The position numbers and the translations under genes were made by a program. A stretch of DNA of 64,000 nucleotides, from assembly GCA_002773855.1 (NCBI GenBank), contig PEZY01000012.1, forward strand, positions 233,565 through 297,564. Reading direction: 5' to 3'. Of the stretch, positions 30,572 to 40,072 are shown piece by piece. Numbering within the stretch: position 1 is the first letter of the stretch; every line of letters begins with the position of its first letter. The notes under the pieces were generated by a model. The model was not told where the DNA came from and ran no database searches. It worked only from the letters and a program-made list of their open reading frames with translations. This DNA is from Candidatus Buchananbacteria bacterium CG10_big_fil_rev_8_21_14_0_10_33_19 (GTDB lineage Bacteria; Patescibacteriota; Patescibacteriia; 2-01-FULL-39-33).

Positions 30572-30745
30572 ATGGCTCGCAGAAAATTAGAAGATAAAAA
30601 TATCAGAAAAATAAATAAATTAGGTGTTAGCTACGCTGTTACAATTCCCATCGAAATCATGCGGGAGTTTAAATGGAAAGAAAAACAAAAAGTGGTAGTT
30701 AAAAAACGAGGTAATAGTCTAATTATTTCTGATTGGAAAAAGTAA
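30572..30745 (+). CDS. AbrB/MazE/SpoVT-like small DNA-binding protein (57 aa, missed by the ORF track)
   Basis: MARRKLEDKNIRKINKLGVSYAVTIPIEIMREFKWKEKQKVVVKKRGNSLIISDWKK has the swapped-hairpin pattern; stop is 1 nt before rlmH. Confidence 0.85.
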   Translation: MARRKLEDKNIRKINKLGVSYAVTIPIEIMREFKWKEKQKVVVKKRGNSLIISDWKK

Positions 30746-30746
30746 T

Positions 30747-31211
30747 ATGCTTAACATCACACTACTAACGATTGGTAAAATAAAAGATAAATCTATTAAT
30801 GATTTAATTTTAGAATACCTAAAAAGACTTAAACCTTACGCCAAAATAAATATTGAAGAATTAAAATCCGAATCGTTTAAGGTGGATAATAAAAATAAAG
30901 CCAAAGAGGTCGAAGGGGAGAGAATATTAAATTATTTAAAAAAATATCCGGACAGCCAAGTAATTCTTTTAACAGAAAATGGGAAGACTTTTGATTCTGT
31001 AGAATTCTCTGATTTTATAAACAACGAAAACACCCATTTTATTTTTGTCATCGCTGGCTCACTGGGATTTTCCAAAGCGGTAGAAAATAAAATTAAAACT
31101 AGTTTATCGCTCTCTAAAATGACCTTCACCCACGAAATGGCTAGATTGATTTTGTTAGAGCAGATATACCGGGCTATTACTATTCATAAAAAGAAAGAAT
31201 ATCATTATTAA
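30747..31211 (+). CDS. rlmH: 23S rRNA m3Psi1915 methyltransferase RlmH
   Basis: EYLKRL, LSLSKMTFTHEMARLILLEQIYRA and C-terminal YHY. Confidence 0.95.
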   Translation: MLNITLLTIGKIKDKSINDLILEYLKRLKPYAKINIEELKSESFKVDNKNKAKEVEGERILNYLKKYPDSQVILLTENGKTFDSVEFSDFINNENTHFIFVIAGSLGFSKAVENKIKTSLSLSKMTFTHEMARLILLEQIYRAITIHKKKEYHY

Positions 31212-31280
31212 TAGTCAATAAAAAACTAGAAATATTACTTCTAGTTTTTTATTTGTTTCAAATATGTTAAAATAGTTTAT

Positions 31281-32165
31281 ATGGATAAACAATTATTAAT
31301 TTTACCATTTGATCATCGCAGTTCTTTCTCTAAGAATATTTTAGGCATCAGTGGCAAATTAAATTTAAAACAAAAAAAAGAAATTTCCGATCTTAAAAAA
31401 ATAATTTTTGAGGGTTTTTTAACAGTTTATAAAAAATACGACATTAAAGATTATTTTGGTATTTTAGTGGACGAAGAATATGGCCTATCGGTTTTAAAAC
31501 AAGCTAAGAAAAATAAAGCCATTGTCTGTTTGCCAGTAGAAAAGAGCGGCCAAAAAGAATTGAAATTTGAATATGGCAGTGCTTTTGGCTTGCATATCAA
31601 AAAAATTAATCCTGATTATGTTAAGGTATTGGTGCGCTATAATCCACTTAATAAGGAAGTTAATAAAAAGCAATTAGCTCGATTAAAAACTTTAGGAGAT
31701 TTTTGTGCTAAAAATAATTACAAAATTATTTTAGAATTACTGGTGCCACCTACTGAATATGATTTAAAAAAGTCAAAAACTGAAGATAAATATAATAACA
31801 CTTTACGATTAAAAAGATCGGTGGGAGCTATTAAAGAAATTAAAAAATTTTTAGCTGTAGATACTTGGAAGTTAGAATATTTTAGTCAAGCTGGCTGGCG
31901 CAAGATTATTAGAACGGTTGGTAAGAATTCTAAAATAATACTTTTGGGTCGTGGAGAGAATAAAGCAGTGGTTGATGGTTGGATAGAGGATGCCGCTGGA
32001 TTTTCTCAAATAGTTGGCTTTGCTATTGGCCGGACAATATTCTTGGAGGAATTGAAGAAATATCATGCTGGAAAAATTACCAAGAAAACAGCCATTTTAA
32101 AAATTTCAAATAATTTTGATTATTTTGTGAAATTATGGGCCAAGCACAAGGGTTTTGAACTATAA
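31281..32165 (+). CDS. DUF2090 / LacD-like class I aldolase-fold protein
   Basis: LPFDHRSS, VEKSGQ, KVLVRYNP, WKLE, LLGRG and GFAIGRTIF motifs. Confidence 0.85.
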   Translation: MDKQLLILPFDHRSSFSKNILGISGKLNLKQKKEISDLKKIIFEGFLTVYKKYDIKDYFGILVDEEYGLSVLKQAKKNKAIVCLPVEKSGQKELKFEYGSAFGLHIKKINPDYVKVLVRYNPLNKEVNKKQLARLKTLGDFCAKNNYKIILELLVPPTEYDLKKSKTEDKYNNTLRLKRSVGAIKEIKKFLAVDTWKLEYFSQAGWRKIIRTVGKNSKIILLGRGENKAVVDGWIEDAAGFSQIVGFAIGRTIFLEELKKYHAGKITKKTAILKISNNFDYFVKLWAKHKGFEL

Positions 32166-32215
32166 ATTTATAAATTAATATCATCGACCAACTGTTTAGA
32201 TTGGTCGTTTTATTT

Positions 32216-32284
32216 TTGACAGATATGGCCTCGTATGGTATTTTTTTATCAGCAATAGCACCTTACAACCCAGGAGATGATCCA
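32216..32284 (+). promoter_or_regulatory. Cassette leader: promoter + boxA-like motif + SD
   Basis: TTGACA-N17-(TGn)TATTTT; AGCACCTTACAA 32257-32268; AGGAG 8 nt before ATG 32285. Confidence 0.65.
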
Positions 32285-33205
32285 ATGCTCATTCCTAGAA
32301 ATATGCCAATGTCCTTAAGACACAGCCACGGCTTGCAAGAGCCAGGCCGCAGGGATTATGTTAATATTGTTTTAGCAGCATTTAATTCATTTCGGTCAAT
32401 TACTCCAGTTGGTTATTTAAGTACACCCATTACTTCGGGTCAACTTTTGTATCAAGTATTACAGTCATATGGAGTCAAAGATTTAAATGAACTAGTAGCT
32501 ATTGATGAGGATATCTTGATTAGAGAAATTATTACCCCCAACGCTCTTAGTGGAATTGCTTTGGGAGACAAGTTAGCCAGAGATTGGAAAATACCAATAA
32601 TTGTGCCACCAGTATTTGAGTCTGAAAGATGGCGCAAGTATAATCGGGATTGGGAAGAAAAAGATTACATGCATATTTGGTATCAAGTTATTAGAGAAAT
32701 GGTTGGACACATGATAATGCGTAATGGCTGGCATTATTCTAATGGTGGAGTATCAGAGTTTGTGCATGCGGTTCAGCTTCGATTAAGATTATTGCCAGAT
32801 CTTTCTGGATCTAGTAACAACACCTTTCCTAAATATTTACCATTTGATTTGTATTTAGATAGTTTTGCTGAGTTAGAAATTGAATTTCCAGAACTGCCGA
32901 TGATAATTACTGATCAGTATGGAGATATTATTACTATTGAAGCTGGAGTAGAATTAATAACTACAGCTATTATTAATCTCTACAATAGAAAATTTAAGCC
33001 CCAAAAACTTTTAGTAGCTTTGATGCATCTAATGGGTATGATTTATTCGGTTAATTCTCATTTGGAAGATGGTAAATATGAAGTTGCTGGAATTTCTGCT
33101 CCTAATAATTGCTTTAATATGGATAATATTAATAATTATTGGCTAAAGGCTATATCAATATCTGGTGAAAATGACAGAGAAATTTATCAAATCTGTCATA
33201 GTTAA
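32285..33205 (+). CDS. Hypothetical protein with a DUF4406/nucleoside deoxyribosyltransferase-like Rossmann domain
   Basis: YLSTPITSG...P...W...DYM...GWHYSNGGVSE...A pattern; start moved to the SD-led ATG 32285; terminator at 33209-33237. Confidence 0.6.
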   Translation: MLIPRNMPMSLRHSHGLQEPGRRDYVNIVLAAFNSFRSITPVGYLSTPITSGQLLYQVLQSYGVKDLNELVAIDEDILIREIITPNALSGIALGDKLARDWKIPIIVPPVFESERWRKYNRDWEEKDYMHIWYQVIREMVGHMIMRNGWHYSNGGVSEFVHAVQLRLRLLPDLSGSSNNTFPKYLPFDLYLDSFAELEIEFPELPMIITDQYGDIITIEAGVELITTAIINLYNRKFKPQKLLVALMHLMGMIYSVNSHLEDGKYEVAGISAPNNCFNMDNINNYWLKAISISGENDREIYQICHS

Positions 33206-33208
33206 TAC

Positions 33209-33237
33209 AACGCTATTTAGATAAATAGCGTTTTTTT
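33209..33237 (+). terminator. Intrinsic terminator
   Basis: AACGCTATTTA-GA-TAAATAGCGTT plus T-run. Confidence 0.75.
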
Positions 33238-33299
33238 ATTTCCATTGCCAAAAAGTGATTATTATGCTATAGTTTAGCTATATTATTAATATAATAACT

Positions 33300-34955
33300 A
33301 TGAAAAAATTGTTAAAAAATAAACTATTTTGGGTAATATCGACAATAGTTATAGTCATTGTGGTGATGATTATTTCCAATATAGTTAATTCAGGTGATAA
33401 GACTGAATATACGACCGAAGATGCTAAGCGTGGAAATTTAACTCAAACTGTAACTGCTTCTGGAGCAGTGGCTTCAGCTAATGAAATCGAACTTAATTTT
33501 AGAAGTCCTGGAAAATTAGTTAAATTACAAGTTAAAGAGGGTGACAAGGTAAAGTCTGGTCAGTTGTTAGCTAGTATTGATTCACTTAGTTTGTCAGCTC
33601 AAGCTGCACAATACAGAGCTAATGTAGATGCGGCTAAAGCTGATTTGGAAAAAATAATTGCTGGTTCTTCTTCGGAGCAAGTAACTGTTTATCAAGAACA
33701 GTATAATAAAGCTCGAAATGATTTAAATACACTTGTCAGTAAACAGGATAATGAGTTAAAAACTCTAAGAGAAAAATCTTTAAACGAAATTAATAATACT
33801 TCTTTTATTATTTCGGTGGCTTTGGATAAAGTTTATAATCATTTATTGAATAATAATAATACTGCTAATTTACAGGTTTCTAATCTTGGTCTTTTAAATA
33901 AAATTGATAGTGATTATTTTGAAATAGTGGCGGGGTTTAATTCTTTAAAAGATAGAATTAACCAAGTTAATTTAGATAAGTCAACAGAAATTATTGTGTC
34001 CGCTTCTAATGACGTTACTGCTTTTTTAGATACTGTTAATTCTTTTTTAGATGATTCATTTAAAGTAGCTGATGCTATAATTATCAATACAACTTATACC
34101 CAAACTAAAAAGGATACTATTAAATCTGATATTACCACTCAACAATCTAGTATTAATTCTTCACTGACATCTATTCAAGCTGCTAAGTCAAATTTGATTA
34201 ATTCCATAAATAGTTATAATTCTTTGGTGCTAGCAGCTGAAAACTCGTTGTCTATTGCTCAGGCTCAGTTGGATTTGACTAAAGCGGGACCAAGAAGTTT
34301 TGAAATCGATGCGGCTAAGGCCAAAGTGGCTCAAGCTCAGGCTCAACTAAATCAGATTTTAGCTAACTTAAATGATTACAGTATTATTGCGCCAATTGAT
34401 GGCACAGTTACTGAGGTTAATTTTAGTTTAGGCGAGCAAACCGATGTTTCAAAACCAGCTATTAAGATGTTAAGCGTTGAACAATTCGAAGTAAAAGTAG
34501 ATATTTCTGAATCTGATATTGCTAAATTGAGCGTTGGTGACGCAGTAGTTATTTCTTTGGATGCCTTTGGTTCTGATCATTTATTCTCTGGTAAGGTGGC
34601 TTTTATTGATCCAGCTCAAACTGCTATTTCTGATGTTATTTATTATAAAACTACGGTTAGTTTAGAATCTAATTCTTGGACCGAAAAAATAAAACCTGGT
34701 ATGAGTGCCGATGTCACTATTACTACAGATATGAAAGAAAATGTAATTTACGTTTCTCAAAGAGGTGTTAAAATCAGAGAAGCTTTACTAGGAGATGTGC
34801 CACAAAAATATGTTGAGGTGTTAATAAATGACAATCAAATCCAGGAAAAAAATGTAGAAACTGGTTTGCGCGCTGATAATGGCTTGGTAGAAGTGATTAG
34901 CGGAGTTGAAGATGGTGATAAAATTATAACTTTCAAAAAAACTATCAATAAATAA
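33300..34955 (+). CDS. MacA/YknX-like membrane fusion (adaptor) protein with a long helical insert
   Basis: N-terminal TM, lipoyl halves (VKEGDKVKSGQLL; IIAPIDGTV), ISESDI and KPGMSA motifs. Confidence 0.9.
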   Translation: MKKLLKNKLFWVISTIVIVIVVMIISNIVNSGDKTEYTTEDAKRGNLTQTVTASGAVASANEIELNFRSPGKLVKLQVKEGDKVKSGQLLASIDSLSLSAQAAQYRANVDAAKADLEKIIAGSSSEQVTVYQEQYNKARNDLNTLVSKQDNELKTLREKSLNEINNTSFIISVALDKVYNHLLNNNNTANLQVSNLGLLNKIDSDYFEIVAGFNSLKDRINQVNLDKSTEIIVSASNDVTAFLDTVNSFLDDSFKVADAIIINTTYTQTKKDTIKSDITTQQSSINSSLTSIQAAKSNLINSINSYNSLVLAAENSLSIAQAQLDLTKAGPRSFEIDAAKAKVAQAQAQLNQILANLNDYSIIAPIDGTVTEVNFSLGEQTDVSKPAIKMLSVEQFEVKVDISESDIAKLSVGDAVVISLDAFGSDHLFSGKVAFIDPAQTAISDVIYYKTTVSLESNSWTEKIKPGMSADVTITTDMKENVIYVSQRGVKIREALLGDVPQKYVEVLINDNQIQEKNVETGLRADNGLVEVISGVEDGDKIITFKKTINK

Positions 34956-35677
34956 TGTCTAAGAATATAATAAAAATTCAGGATTTAAAAAAGGACTATG
35001 TTAATGACGAGATGGTGACATCAGTATTACATGGTTTGAATTTTGCAATTGATCAAGGTGAATTTTTGGCTATTATGGGTCCATCTGGATCTGGCAAGTC
35101 TACCTTAATGCATATTTTGGGTTTTTTAGACACGCCTACTTCTGGTAAATATATTTTTAAAGATCGTGATGTTTCTAATTTAGAAGAGGATGATTTAGCC
35201 AAAATTAGAAACGAAGAAGTAAGTTTTATATTTCAAACATTTAATTTATTACCCAAAACTTCAGTTTATGAAAACGTTAAGTTACCATTGCTTTATAGCG
35301 CTTTAGGTGATCATGACAAGCGAGTTAAAGAGGCGATAGAATCAGTAGGTTTGTCGCATCGAATCAACAATCTTTCTAATCAATTATCTGGCGGTGAAAG
35401 ACAGCGAGTAGCTATTGCCAGAGCTTTGGTTACTAATCCTAGTGTCATATTTGCTGATGAACCAACAGGAAATTTGGATACAAAATCTGGTCAAGCGGTG
35501 ATGGAAATTTTAGAAGAATTAAATAACAATGGCCATACTATTATTTTGGTAACTCATGAACAGTACACTGCTCAGCATGCCGAGCGAATTATAAAAATTA
35601 TAGATGGTAAAATTGTAAGTGATGACAAGGTAGTTGAAAGACGCTCATCAATTAATGGCGATAATTTTATAAAATAA
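34955..35677 (+). CDS. ABC ATPase, MacB/LolD family
   Basis: GPSGSGKST, LSGGERQRVAIARAL and DEPTGNLD motifs. Confidence 0.95.
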   Translation: MSKNIIKIQDLKKDYVNDEMVTSVLHGLNFAIDQGEFLAIMGPSGSGKSTLMHILGFLDTPTSGKYIFKDRDVSNLEEDDLAKIRNEEVSFIFQTFNLLPKTSVYENVKLPLLYSALGDHDKRVKEAIESVGLSHRINNLSNQLSGGERQRVAIARALVTNPSVIFADEPTGNLDTKSGQAVMEILEELNNNGHTIILVTHEQYTAQHAERIIKIIDGKIVSDDKVVERRSSINGDNFIK

Positions 35678-35690
35678 AAAAGAGCTATAT

Positions 35691-35858
35691 TTAGCCCTTA
35701 AAGTATTTTTTAATTTTATTAAATAATTGAGGTGTTACTAGTAGAATACAGCCAATTATATAACCTAGAGCCAAAAGTTTTAGCGGTGGGGCAAAAAAGG
35801 CAGTTAGACTAACACCTATTGTTATGCCAGCTCCGATTCTGGTAATTGGATTTATCAT
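35691..35858 (-). CDS. 55-aa hydrophobic small protein (orphan cassette, missed by the ORF track)
   Basis: MINPITRIGAGITIGVSLTAFFAPPLKLLALGYIIGCILLVTPQLFNKIKKYFKG; GGAGG SD, own promoter, terminator GGGCTA...TAGCTC-T-run. Confidence 0.7.
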   Translation of the reverse strand: MINPITRIGAGITIGVSLTAFFAPPLKLLALGYIIGCILLVTPQLFNKIKKYFKG

Positions 35859-35927
35859 TTATACTCTTCCTCCGATTTTGAAATGAACTGATAAATTATC
35901 TTATGATTTATTAGTTAAATTTGTCAA
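35859..35927 (-). promoter_or_regulatory. Cassette leader: promoter + boxA-like motif + SD
   Basis: Minus strand: TTGACA-N18-TAAGAT; AGTTCATTTCAA (35889-35878); GGAGG. Confidence 0.65.
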
Positions 35928-35934
35928 ATTAATT

Positions 35935-37170
35935 ATGACTTTAATTGATGGCATAAAATTATCTTTTTCTGTATTACGATCTAATAAGATTCGTAGTTTT
36001 TTGACTAGCTTGGGTATTATTATTGGTATTGCAGCGGTTATTATAATTATTTCTGTGGGTGCTGGGGCTCAGAGCTTGATTATTAATCAACTTAATTCGG
36101 TCGGCACTAATTTAGTGGGAGTACTACCTGGAGCTTCTGATGAAAATGGTCCACCAGCCTCGGTTTTTGGCATTGTGGTAACTACTTTAAAATATGAGGA
36201 CGCGGTAGCTATTAAAAAACAAGTGCCCAATGTAGTGGCTGTTAGTTCTTATAATTCCGGGGTATCAACAATTACTTATCAGAGTAATTCAGTAGATGCT
36301 AATTTTAATGGGGTAATGAGTGATTATCTGAATGTAGAAGATACCGAGTTGCTACTAGGTAGATTTTTTACTGCCGAAGAAGAGAATAGTAATGTGCGAG
36401 AGGTGGTTTTGGGCTATGAAGTTTATCAGGATTTGTTTAGTGGCGATGATCCACTGGGTAAAAGAATAAAAATTAAAAAAGAGACTTTTGAAGTTATTGG
36501 AGTGATGAAAGAGCGAGGCACTGCCGGTTTCCAGAGTCAGGATAATATAGTTTTAATTCCGGTGTCTACAGCCCAAAAAATAATGTTGGGTGTAGATTAT
36601 GTTAATTATATTAGAGTTAAAATAAACGATACTAATAATTTAGATCGAGCAACTGAAGATATTAAATTTTTATTAAGAGATAGACATGATATTAGAATTG
36701 ATGGCACTGATGATTTTTCGGTTAGAAATACTAAAGATGCCATTGATACATTACTGACAGTAACCGATGCTCTAAAGTTTTTCTTAGCAGCTATTGCTGC
36801 TATTTCGTTAGTGGTCGGTGGCGTGGGTGTAATGAATATTATGTTAGCAGCTGTCACAGAACGAGTTAGAGAAATTGGTTTAAGAAAAGCGGTAGGAGCT
36901 AGACGATCACATATTATAATTCAATTTGTTTTGGAGACTATGGCTATTACCTTAATTGGCGGTATTATTGGTATTATTTTAGGAGTTATTATATCAGCGG
37001 TTATTGCTTTTGTGGCTAACTATCTGGGTTATAGTTGGGATTTTGTAGTTTCTTTTAGTTCAATATTACTGAGTACTGGTGTGTCGGCTGGCATTGGATT
37101 GATTTTTGGTATTTATCCAGCTCAGAAAGCGGCTAAATTGGATCCGATTGAGGCTTTGAGGTATGAATAA
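35935..37170 (+). CDS. MacB/YknZ-like ABC permease 1
   Basis: RSFLTSLGIIIG, GGVGVMNIM...VTERVREIGLRKAVGA and DPIEALRYE motifs. Confidence 0.93.
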   Translation: MTLIDGIKLSFSVLRSNKIRSFLTSLGIIIGIAAVIIIISVGAGAQSLIINQLNSVGTNLVGVLPGASDENGPPASVFGIVVTTLKYEDAVAIKKQVPNVVAVSSYNSGVSTITYQSNSVDANFNGVMSDYLNVEDTELLLGRFFTAEEENSNVREVVLGYEVYQDLFSGDDPLGKRIKIKKETFEVIGVMKERGTAGFQSQDNIVLIPVSTAQKIMLGVDYVNYIRVKINDTNNLDRATEDIKFLLRDRHDIRIDGTDDFSVRNTKDAIDTLLTVTDALKFFLAAIAAISLVVGGVGVMNIMLAAVTERVREIGLRKAVGARRSHIIIQFVLETMAITLIGGIIGIILGVIISAVIAFVANYLGYSWDFVVSFSSILLSTGVSAGIGLIFGIYPAQKAAKLDPIEALRYE

Positions 37171-37199
37171 AATTCAAAATTTAAAATAGATAAAATTAA

Positions 37200-38450
37200 A
37201 TGGACAATATATTATTACCAATACAATTAGCTTGGAAATCATTGTTTCTTCATAAGGGTCGAACCTTTTTGACGGTTTTGGGTATTATTATTGGTATTTC
37301 AGCGGTAATTATTGTGATGTCAGCCGGCGAGAGTATTAAAGCTTTGGTGTTAGGGGAATTTGAATCATTTGGCTCTGATTATATTCAAATTGAAGTGAAG
37401 GTGCCAACGGCCAAAAAGAATTCAGCCGCTAATGCTGGTGGTATTGCTCAGGGTATTCAAATTACTACCTTAAAAAATAAAGACGCCGAAGATATTGGTA
37501 AATTGGACAGTATTAAAGAAGCTGGTGGTGGCGTGATGGGCCAAAGTGTTGTTTCATATGGCAACGAAAACAAAGTGGTTAATTATATGGGTAGTTCTAG
37601 TTCTATTTTAAATATTATGGGTATTGATGTGGCTATTGGTCAATCGTATACCAATGAAGATGACGATCAATTGGCCAAAGTGGTGGTTTTGGGTTCTAAA
37701 GTAGCGGAAGAATTATTCGGTAATATTGATCCAATTGGTAAAAATGTTAAATTAGGTAAGACTTCTTTCAGAGTGGTGGGCATAGCTAAGGAAAAAGGTC
37801 AGAGTTTAGGTTTTAATTATGATGAAATGGTTTATGTGCCACTACAAACTTCTCAAAAGTTATTATTGGGTATTGATTATTTAATGTTTATTACTACCAA
37901 AGTAACAAATCCGGATAACATGGAAGCGACAGCAGTAGAAATTGAAGATCTACTTAGACAAAATCATGATATTACCAATGCTGATGATGACTTTGCAGTA
38001 ACCACAGCTACCGAGGCCCTAGATATGATTAATACTATTTTTGGTGGTATGACATTACTGCTAGTAGCTATTGCTGGCATATCACTGTTGGTAGGTGGAG
38101 TGGGTATTATGAATATTATGTATGTGTCGGTTACTGAAAGAACATTTGAAATTGGTCTTCGCAAATCCTTGGGAGCCAAAAAGAAACAAATTTTGTGGCA
38201 GTTTTTGTGGGAGGCAATAGTGGTGACTTTATTTGGTGGTATGATTGGAATTGTGGTGGGAGTGATTATGACTTTTTTGATTAGTTTAATAGCTTCACAA
38301 ATTGGCTTTGCCTGGGAATTTATTCTGCCACCGCAAGCTATTATTATCGCTTTTGTATTTTCGACTGTGGTTGGTTTGATATTTGGTTATTATCCGGCTA
38401 GTCGGGCGGCGGTTATGGATCCTATAGTGGCTATTAGATATGAAAAATAA
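37200..38450 (+). CDS. MacB/YknZ-like ABC permease 2
   Basis: RTFLTVLGIIIG, GGVGIMNIM...VTERTFEIGLRK and DPIVAIRYE motifs. Confidence 0.93.
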   Translation: MDNILLPIQLAWKSLFLHKGRTFLTVLGIIIGISAVIIVMSAGESIKALVLGEFESFGSDYIQIEVKVPTAKKNSAANAGGIAQGIQITTLKNKDAEDIGKLDSIKEAGGGVMGQSVVSYGNENKVVNYMGSSSSILNIMGIDVAIGQSYTNEDDDQLAKVVVLGSKVAEELFGNIDPIGKNVKLGKTSFRVVGIAKEKGQSLGFNYDEMVYVPLQTSQKLLLGIDYLMFITTKVTNPDNMEATAVEIEDLLRQNHDITNADDDFAVTTATEALDMINTIFGGMTLLLVAIAGISLLVGGVGIMNIMYVSVTERTFEIGLRKSLGAKKKQILWQFLWEAIVVTLFGGMIGIVVGVIMTFLISLIASQIGFAWEFILPPQAIIIAFVFSTVVGLIFGYYPASRAAVMDPIVAIRYEK

Positions 38451-38522
38451 AGCGCACAGTACAAGTTGAAAGTCTATTAGGGATTGATTTTTCTATTAAC
38501 TTTCAACTTTTAACTCGTTATT

Positions 38523-39653
38523 ATGTTACTTATACGGAATTTGTCAATTTTTAAGCGAATGGATTGGTCATTGCTGGTGACTGTTTTTTTACTGTCCTTA
38601 TTTGGACTAGCAGCTATTTATAGTGTGGCTTTAGGACAAGGCTTGGGTGAATTTTTAAATTTTAAAAAACAGCTACTGTGGTTAACTGTTGGTTTAATTT
38701 CGATGTTGTTTTTTTCTAATATTGATTATCATTATTTACAAAAAATAGGTTGGTTTGGTTATTTTATTAGCTTGGTGCTTTTAATTTTAGTTTTAACGCC
38801 ACTAGGATCAACAATTCGGGGAACTAGAGGTTGGTTTTCTTTGGGATTTTTTAGTTTTCAGCCAGTGGAATTGGCCAAGATTTTTTTAATCGTGATATTG
38901 GCGAATATTTACTGTCATTGTTCTAGAACAATCAATCAGTTTCGTCATTTATTTTTAATTGGTTTTGTAGCGTTGGTACCATTTATTTTGGCAGTAGTTC
39001 AACCTGATTTTGGCTCAGCTATGGTTTTATTTTTTACTTGGTTTATCTCATTTTTTTTAATAACTAAAAATAAATGGCATATAATTTTTGTCATGGTTTC
39101 TTTGGTAGCAATGTTTATTATTGCTTGGTTTTTTGTTTTTCAAACTTACCAGAAAGATCGAATTAATACTTTTCTTAATCCATCACTAGATCCACTAGGC
39201 AGTGGTTATAATGTTAGACAGTCAATTATTGCTGTTGGAGCTGGTCGTTTACTGGGCCGAGGTCTAGGCTTTGGATCGCAGAGTCAATTAAAATTTATAC
39301 CAGAAAGTCAGACTGATTTTATTTTTTCGGTGATTGCTGAAGAATTAGGCTTTATTGGCGTAGCCATGCTTTTAGGTTTCTTTTTGATGTTATTTTATCG
39401 GTTTTATAAAATTGCCTTACTAGCTCCTGATGATTTTGGGATGTTTTTGTCGATACTAGTGGCAATACTAATATTTATTCATGTCTTTATTAATATTGGT
39501 ATGGGTATTGGACTTTTGCCGGTGACTGGAATTTCCTTGCCATTTGTTTCTTATGGTGGAAGTTTTATTGTGGTGATGTTAACCTTGATTGGGATTGTGA
39601 TGAATGTTTATAAATCAGGTTTAATATCTCGTAAGGGTCAAATTGAGATTTGA
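38523..39653 (+). CDS. rodA: SEDS glycosyltransferase RodA
   Basis: FQPVELAK, QPDFGS, PESQTDFIF and LPFVSYGGS motifs; GYNVRQS. Confidence 0.9.
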   Translation: MLLIRNLSIFKRMDWSLLVTVFLLSLFGLAAIYSVALGQGLGEFLNFKKQLLWLTVGLISMLFFSNIDYHYLQKIGWFGYFISLVLLILVLTPLGSTIRGTRGWFSLGFFSFQPVELAKIFLIVILANIYCHCSRTINQFRHLFLIGFVALVPFILAVVQPDFGSAMVLFFTWFISFFLITKNKWHIIFVMVSLVAMFIIAWFFVFQTYQKDRINTFLNPSLDPLGSGYNVRQSIIAVGAGRLLGRGLGFGSQSQLKFIPESQTDFIFSVIAEELGFIGVAMLLGFFLMLFYRFYKIALLAPDDFGMFLSILVAILIFIHVFINIGMGIGLLPVTGISLPFVSYGGSFIVVMLTLIGIVMNVYKSGLISRKGQIEI

Positions 39654-39684
39654 TTTTTAAACTGTTATAGCTTACTATAAAAAT

Positions 39685-40035
39685 ATGAAAGATATATTAC
39701 CACCCAACAATAGACCATCTGAGGATGGCCTAAAAATGATTAGTCATTGTCCGGTTTGTCATTATAATAACACGGCTATTGAAGCCAAAGTTTTAGAAGA
39801 GAACGACAATTCTCATTTGGTTTATATAAAGTGCAAGAGATGTCAGTCAGCGGTTTTAGCTTTATTTTCGGCTAATAGCATGGGGGTTAGTTCTGTGGGA
39901 GTGATAACTGATTTTGATAGTTATGAGGTGGCTAAGTTTAGGGACCTGTCTAGAGTTAATAGTGATGATGTTTTAAACATTAAACAGGCTTTGACAGACA
40001 ATGATAATTTTGTTAAATTATTGTCTAGTCTTTAG
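39685..40035 (+). CDS. Zn-ribbon hypothetical protein (CPR-type)
   Basis: CPVC...CKRC followed by G..TD....E...F...V..DDVL. Confidence 0.78.
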   Translation: MKDILPPNNRPSEDGLKMISHCPVCHYNNTAIEAKVLEENDNSHLVYIKCKRCQSAVLALFSANSMGVSSVGVITDFDSYEVAKFRDLSRVNSDDVLNIKQALTDNDNFVKLLSSL

Positions 40036-40072
40036 TTCTTTTAAACTTATAACACAACTAGGGAGAATAGCT
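39991..40072 (+). promoter_or_regulatory. Cassette leader embedded in the 3' end of the upstream CDS
   Basis: TTGACA 39991-N17-(TGn)TAAATT; AGTTCTTTTAAA 40034-40045; AGGGAG 7 nt before ATG 40073. Confidence 0.65.
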
